From positions 1,587,156-1,619,155 of the forward strand of contig CP074573.1 of the NCBI GenBank assembly GCA_018394295.1: DNA of 32,000 nt. The letters run 5' to 3'. Position 1 is the first letter of the stretch. Each line of letters begins with the position of its first letter. Shown piece after piece: positions 27,418 to 32,000 of the stretch. Below the pieces are notes generated by a model. That model ran no database searches, was not told where the DNA came from, and saw only the letters and a program-made list of their open reading frames with translations. This DNA comes from Mycoplasmatota bacterium (GTDB lineage Bacteria; Bacillota_I; Bacilli_A; Haloplasmatales; Haloplasmataceae). The translations under genes and the position numbers were made by a program.

Positions 27418-29298
27418 CTATTTATCCTTCTCTGCTTCAATTTTTTCTGCTAATTCATTTAAATAAATCCATCTCTCCATCTTTTGATCAAGTTGCTTTT
27501 GCAAATCTTCTTTTTCAGCTAAAAGCGGTTGAAGGAGTGTGTAATTTACATAAGCCTTATTAATTTTCTCTTCAATAACTTCTATCTTTTCTTCTAATTC
27601 AGCAACAACCGTATCTATTTCTTCAAACTCCTTTTGTTCCTTAAAAGAGAACTTTAAAGGTCTCTCTTTCTTTTTATCTACAAATTTCTTGTTTTTGTCC
27701 ACTGACATATTAACTTCTATTTTATCCTCAAATTTCTCCTTAAATTCCGAGTAATTTCCTGTAAACTGCCTAACATTTCCATAAGCTTCAAAGAGAAATA
27801 TTTTTTCAGCCATTCTATCTAAAAAATATCTATCGTGTGAAACTGAAATGACTGCTCCCGGAAAACCATCTAGATAGTCTTCTAATATAGTAAGCGTTTC
27901 TATGTCTAAGTTATTTGTCGGTTCATCTAAAAGTAAAACATTTGGTGCTTCCATAAGCACGCGTAAAAGATATAATCTTCTTCTTTCTCCACCTGAAAGT
28001 TTAGCAATTGGTGTCCACTGCATGGTTCCTGAAAATAAAAATTTCTCCATCATTTGTGAGGCTGTAATTTTATACCCTTCCGCATTTTCAATATATTCTG
28101 CAGCTTCTTTTATATATTCAATAGCTCTCATGCTCTCATTCAAATGATGAGTTTCCTGTGAGTAATAGCCTATTTTAACTGTTTGCCCTCTAACGACAGT
28201 ACCACTGTCTTGCTTGACTATCCCAGCAATTATATTCATTAGAGTTGACTTTCCACTTCCATTAGGTCCAATAATACCAACCCTATCATCTCTTAAAACT
28301 AGGTAACAAAAATCATCTAAAACTTTTTTTTCTCCAAATGTTTTATTAACATGCTCAAGCTCAACTACTTTCTTACCAAGCCTGCTACTTCCCACTGAAA
28401 TTTCAAGTTTTTCACTAGAATCAACGACTAGCTTCTCACTTAAGGCTTTGAAACGGTCAATTCTTGCTTTTTGTTTTGTGCTTCTAGCTTGTGCACCGCT
28501 TCTTATCCAAGCTAGTTCTTTTTTATATAAACTTCGTCTCTTCTTTTCACTAGCAGCTTCTTGCTCTTCTCTTTCAGCTTTTTTCTCAAGAAAAGTACTA
28601 TAGTTACCATCATAAAGATAAAGGTTTCCTCTGTCTAACTCAATTATTTTATTTACTATTCTGTCTAATAAATATCTATCATGGGTTATCATGAGAACAG
28701 AGCCTGTTCTCTTGTTAAGGTATTGCTCAAGCCAGTCGATAGTCTCATTATCAAGATGGTTAGTAGGCTCATCAAGTATCAGTAAATCAGAAGGATTTAT
28801 AAGTGCTTCAGCTAAAGCAACTCTCTTTCTCTGTCCACCAGACAAGGTGCCTACCTTAGCGTTAAAATCAGTAATTCCTAGCTTTGTTAAAATACTTTTG
28901 ACATCACTTTCTATGCTCCAAGCATTCAGATTATCCATACGATTGGTTAATTTTATAATTTCTTCACTGTTATCTGGATTTTCAAGTGCCCCTTCATACT
29001 CTCTGATAAGTTTCATGACAGATGAATCACCTTTAAAAACATGTTCTAATACTGTACCTTCCATATCAAAATGTGGATTTTGAGAAAGGTACTCTATTTT
29101 TACAGAATTACCTGTTATAACTCTGCCTTGATCAGATGCTTCAAGCCCAGCAAGTATTTTTAAAAAGGTTGACTTACCTGTGCCATTTACTCCTATAAGT
29201 CCAATTTTGTCCCCTTCATTAATACTTAAACTTATATTATTTAAAAGCTGTTTTTCACTGTAACTTTTTGATATATTTTCTACATTTAAAAGGTTCAT
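27418..29298 (-). CDS. uup: ABC-F family ATPase, Uup-like
   Basis: Two ABC domains (GVNGTGKSTFLKILAG; GPNGSGKSTLMNIIAG; two LSGG motifs), ABC-F linker with charged SxKQxxRIxRF-type segment (RSTKQKARIDRFKAL), C-terminal coiled coil. Confidence 0.88.
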   Translation of the reverse strand: MNLLNVENISKSYSEKQLLNNISLSINEGDKIGLIGVNGTGKSTFLKILAGLEASDQGRVITGNSVKIEYLSQNPHFDMEGTVLEHVFKGDSSVMKLIREYEGALENPDNSEEIIKLTNRMDNLNAWSIESDVKSILTKLGITDFNAKVGTLSGGQRKRVALAEALINPSDLLILDEPTNHLDNETIDWLEQYLNKRTGSVLMITHDRYLLDRIVNKIIELDRGNLYLYDGNYSTFLEKKAEREEQEAASEKKRRSLYKKELAWIRSGAQARSTKQKARIDRFKALSEKLVVDSSEKLEISVGSSRLGKKVVELEHVNKTFGEKKVLDDFCYLVLRDDRVGIIGPNGSGKSTLMNIIAGIVKQDSGTVVRGQTVKIGYYSQETHHLNESMRAIEYIKEAAEYIENAEGYKITASQMMEKFLFSGTMQWTPIAKLSGGERRRLYLLRVLMEAPNVLLLDEPTNNLDIETLTILEDYLDGFPGAVISVSHDRYFLDRMAEKIFLFEAYGNVRQFTGNYSEFKEKFEDKIEVNMSVDKNKKFVDKKKERPLKFSFKEQKEFEEIDTVVAELEEKIEVIEEKINKAYVNYTLLQPLLAEKEDLQKQLDQKMERWIYLNELAEKIEAEKDK

Positions 29299-29715
29299 AA
29301 GTACTCCTTGTTTTGAAAGTCTTTTGTTTATTTCTTTATAACATAATAAACGAAAAAGAGCAATTAATTTATTAGTGTATTAATTTATATTATTTATAAA
29401 TATATTGTTTAAAAATTATCAAATAAATTTTGGATAATGCAGGTCAATCAAAGGAGATTTTTTTTAATTGAAGGATTTCTACTAAAATACGTAAGCATAA
29501 CTAATACAATTAATCCCAAAATTAAATGAGTAAAAAAAGAATAGAAATAATGTTTCCGTTAGTATATAATATATCTAAAGGATTTTTTGTATAGGTGAAA
29601 GTAAATCTAAAAGTTGATTAAAAATTGTTTAGATATTTCACCGATAATTATTACACAAGATAAAAATAAAAATCTTAACAAAATTCAAGTTGCATTAATT
29701 AATTGAGGTGAGAAG

Positions 29716-30696
29716 ATGAAAAAATTTATTTGGGTCCTAATACTATTGACTATACTAACAGGTTGTCATAGTAAAACTTATACTATAAACTTTGAGGCAG
29801 ATAATGGTGTAGAAATTAACTCTATTCAGGTTAAAGGGAAAAAGATAGCTGATTTACCTATACCAAATAAAGATGGGTATTCATTTGAAGGGTGGTATAC
29901 GTCTAAAAACCCTTATACAAATGAATTCACATTAAAAACATCTGTCAATAGTGATATAACACTTTACGCGAAATGGCAGATAAAAGAGTATACAATTAAC
30001 TTCAATACAAATGGTGGTAGTGAACTCCCATCAATTAAACAACTACACGGAACTAATTTGTCTATGATAGAGCCCACTAAAAGAGCACATACATTTTTAG
30101 GATGGTACCAAGATGAAGAATTAACAGTACCATATGATTTCACATCAACCGTTAATAAAGACCTAACGCTTTATGCAAAGTGGAAAATTAGATATGAAGA
30201 CGTGACTGCAAGTCACATTGTCACCATGGAAATGGAAGATGGTAGCATTATAAAAATTGAACTTTATGAAGAAATCGCTCCTATTACAGTCGCTAACTTT
30301 GTTAAACTTGTTGAGGACGGTTTTTACGATGGCTTAACATTCCATCGTGTAATTAAAGGTTTTATGATTCAAGGAGGAGACCCGTTAGGAAATGGGATGG
30401 GCGGCCCTGGCTATAGCATTAAAGGAGAATTTTCAGCAAATGGTGTTGAAAATCCATTAAAGCACGAACGTGGAGTCATCTCGATGGCAAGAAGCAGAGA
30501 TTATGATTCAGCAGGCTCTCAATTCTTTATCATGCATCAAGATGCAACTTATCTAGATGGTCAATATGCAGCATTTGGCCGTGTGGTTGAAGGTCTAGAT
30601 GTTGTTGATCAAATCGCAAATGTTATTACAATTAAGGATAGACCATATGAAGAACAACGGTTGAGTACAGTAACAGTAATAATCGTTAACAATTAA
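29716..30696 (+). CDS. Lipoprotein with two InlB B-repeat/Listeria-Bacteroides repeats fused to a cyclophilin-type PPIase
   Basis: Lipobox TILTGC; repeats YTINFEADNG...FEGWYTSK..ITLYAKW and YTINFNTNGG...FLGWYQDEELTVPYDF...LTLYAKW; cyclophilin core ITVANFVKLVEDGFYDGLTFHRVIKGFMIQGGDPLGNGMGGPGYSIKGEF...GVISMAR...AGSQFFIM...LDGQYAAFGRVVEGLDVV. Confidence 0.92.
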   Translation: MKKFIWVLILLTILTGCHSKTYTINFEADNGVEINSIQVKGKKIADLPIPNKDGYSFEGWYTSKNPYTNEFTLKTSVNSDITLYAKWQIKEYTINFNTNGGSELPSIKQLHGTNLSMIEPTKRAHTFLGWYQDEELTVPYDFTSTVNKDLTLYAKWKIRYEDVTASHIVTMEMEDGSIIKIELYEEIAPITVANFVKLVEDGFYDGLTFHRVIKGFMIQGGDPLGNGMGGPGYSIKGEFSANGVENPLKHERGVISMARSRDYDSAGSQFFIMHQDATYLDGQYAAFGRVVEGLDVVDQIANVITIKDRPYEEQRLSTVTVIIVNN

Positions 30697-30700
30697 CCAA

Positions 30701-30725
30701 AAGGCCTGAAAATCAGGCCTTTTTA
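30701..30725 (+). terminator. Rho-independent terminator
   Basis: aaggcctga aaa tcaggcctttt. Confidence 0.85.
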
Positions 30726-30999
30726 TATACAAAAGAAAACAACTAAATACAACGACTCATACAATTTAATAGTACAAAATCCTCTTTCTTATATGCTTAC
30801 AACGAACCAGCAAATTTGATCTATTTAGCATAACAAATCCGCTTAAACTTCTCTCTCTATTATCTTTAATGGGTAAACTACGATTTGTTACCATCAAGAT
30901 TTATGATATAATGGTTTTATAATGATAAATATTGAATTTTTTAGAAAAAAGATATGAACTTACTTGTAAACTTAATGGATAGAATATTAGGAGGACAAT

Positions 31000-31452
31000 A
31001 TGGAATATAAGTTTGAACCAATGAGATTAGATTATGCTAATGAGATAGCTAGTTGGAGATATATAGGATTTATGAAAGAGATTTTTATGAAACCTTATTT
31101 TGATAACTACAACACTGAATCAAAAGAGATGAAAGGACCTGGAAATTGTGATGGTTATGCAGTAGTTGATAAAGACAACCTTATTGGGTTATTTGAATAT
31201 TATTTTAAAGCGGGCTTCATGGAAATTGGTTTAGCACTTAATCCAAAATTTGTTGGTAACGGAATGAGTAAGGACTTTATTTTAAAAGGTATTGCATTTG
31301 GTATTAAACAATATAATTATCAAAAAGAAGCTATACTGTTATCCGTTGATAAAGAAAATAAATCCGCTTATAAAGCTTATCTTAAAGTAGGATTCGTTGA
31401 GTATAACAGAACTGAAGATGAAATTGAGATGAAATACTTTTTAAGTAATTAA
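31000..31452 (+). CDS. GNAT-family N-acetyltransferase
   Basis: FEPMRLDYANEIASWRY...GYAVVDKDNLIGLFEYYF...IGLALNPKFVGNGMSKDFILKGIAFG...LSVDKENKSAYKAYLKVGFVEYNRTEDE; aggagg RBS. Confidence 0.85.
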   Translation: MEYKFEPMRLDYANEIASWRYIGFMKEIFMKPYFDNYNTESKEMKGPGNCDGYAVVDKDNLIGLFEYYFKAGFMEIGLALNPKFVGNGMSKDFILKGIAFGIKQYNYQKEAILLSVDKENKSAYKAYLKVGFVEYNRTEDEIEMKYFLSN

Positions 31453-31484
31453 TTTCTGTTTAACAGAAGACGATGTGATTAAAT

Positions 31485-31518
31485 AGCCTATTCTTGACTA
31501 GTGCGAGAATAGGCTTTT
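31485..31518 (+). terminator. Rho-independent terminator
   Basis: agcctattct ... agaataggct followed by T-rich tract. Confidence 0.8.
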
Positions 31519-31618
31519 ATTTTGTGATGATTATAGCTTCTTATAATTAATATTTAACCATTTACTAAACATAATTGTTTTCAAGATATTAGATTGATAT
31601 GTAATGTTTGTATTATTT

Positions 31619-32000
31619 TTAAGATGATAATTTTTTATCAAACTTTTTGTATAGTAACCAAATCCATAAAATACTAGTTATTGTGGCATATAAGAAGGAT
31701 AGATAATTTGGACTTATCATTAGTTTAGCAATCCAAAATGAGGGTAAAAATGAGAATAAGTATTGAGTACCATTATCTATAAAGTAAGGTATTACAAGTC
31801 CTATCATAACTAAGCCGGATAACTTAGCAACTGCCATCCCCTCAATCTTGTTTTTAGAGAACGAGAACACAATTAATGACAGTGACATACTCATAAAACT
31901 TGTTAAAAAACAAATAATAATTACCATCACTATCGACCATGAAGTAAGTGAGAAAATCAACAATATAAAAATTGAAGCAACAAATGATAAAAGCGTTGGA
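31619..32000 (-). CDS. ABC-2-type permease-like membrane protein, partial (runs off right edge)
   Basis: Frame remains open past the annotated TTG start to 32000 (PTLLSFVASIFILLIFSLTSW...); hydrophobic helices with LSLIVFSFSKNKIEGMAVAKLSGLVMIGLVIPYF typical of ABC permease C-termini. Confidence 0.6.
   Translation of the reverse strand, partial: PTLLSFVASIFILLIFSLTSWSIVMVIIICFLTSFMSMSLSLIVFSFSKNKIEGMAVAKLSGLVMIGLVIPYFIDNGTQYLFSFLPSFWIAKLMISPNYLSFLYATITSILWIWLLYKKFDKKLSS

Noticed and set aside
27318-29083. Plus-strand ORFs 27318..27563, 27902..28147 and 28691..29083
   Set aside because: The latter two are antisense inside the ABC-F gene and the first covers a terminator and the ABC-F 3' end; no RBS or recognisable protein.
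1-32000. tRNA/rRNA genes, CRISPR arrays, restriction-modification, toxin-antitoxin or known anti-phage systems
   Set aside because: No sequence signatures for any of these were recognised by eye; absence should be confirmed with dedicated tools.

Overview
Low-GC, Bacillota/Mycoplasmatota-like chromosomal window with the standard genetic code (TGA is a stop). Most of it is ordinary housekeeping and surface-protein content: M23 peptidase, malate dehydrogenase, C39-like lipoprotein, MMPL exporter with divergent TetR, trpB, MBL-fold lipoprotein with DUF3006 protein, YhhN-like protein, PC4/YdbC, VOC protein, GT2, NAD-epimerase, amino-acid ABC transporter, ABC-F, PPIase lipoprotein, GNAT. Two RNA regulators are well supported: a Trp (UGG) T-box upstream of an orphan trpB, and a lysine riboswitch upstream of a polar amino-acid ABC transporter. 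The strongest structural observation is a complete IS3-family element (4967..6452, 4-bp CTTA duplication, ~26-bp imperfect terminal repeats) inserted exactly in the loop of the Rho-independent terminator of the neighbouring lipoprotein gene. Other points of note are a PPC-domain gene truncated by a second IS3 remnant, two multiply broken genes (possibly homopolymer errors), a slipin lacking a membrane anchor, and a lipoprotein fusing InlB-type repeats to a cyclophilin. I found no convincing new multi-gene defence or other novel system.
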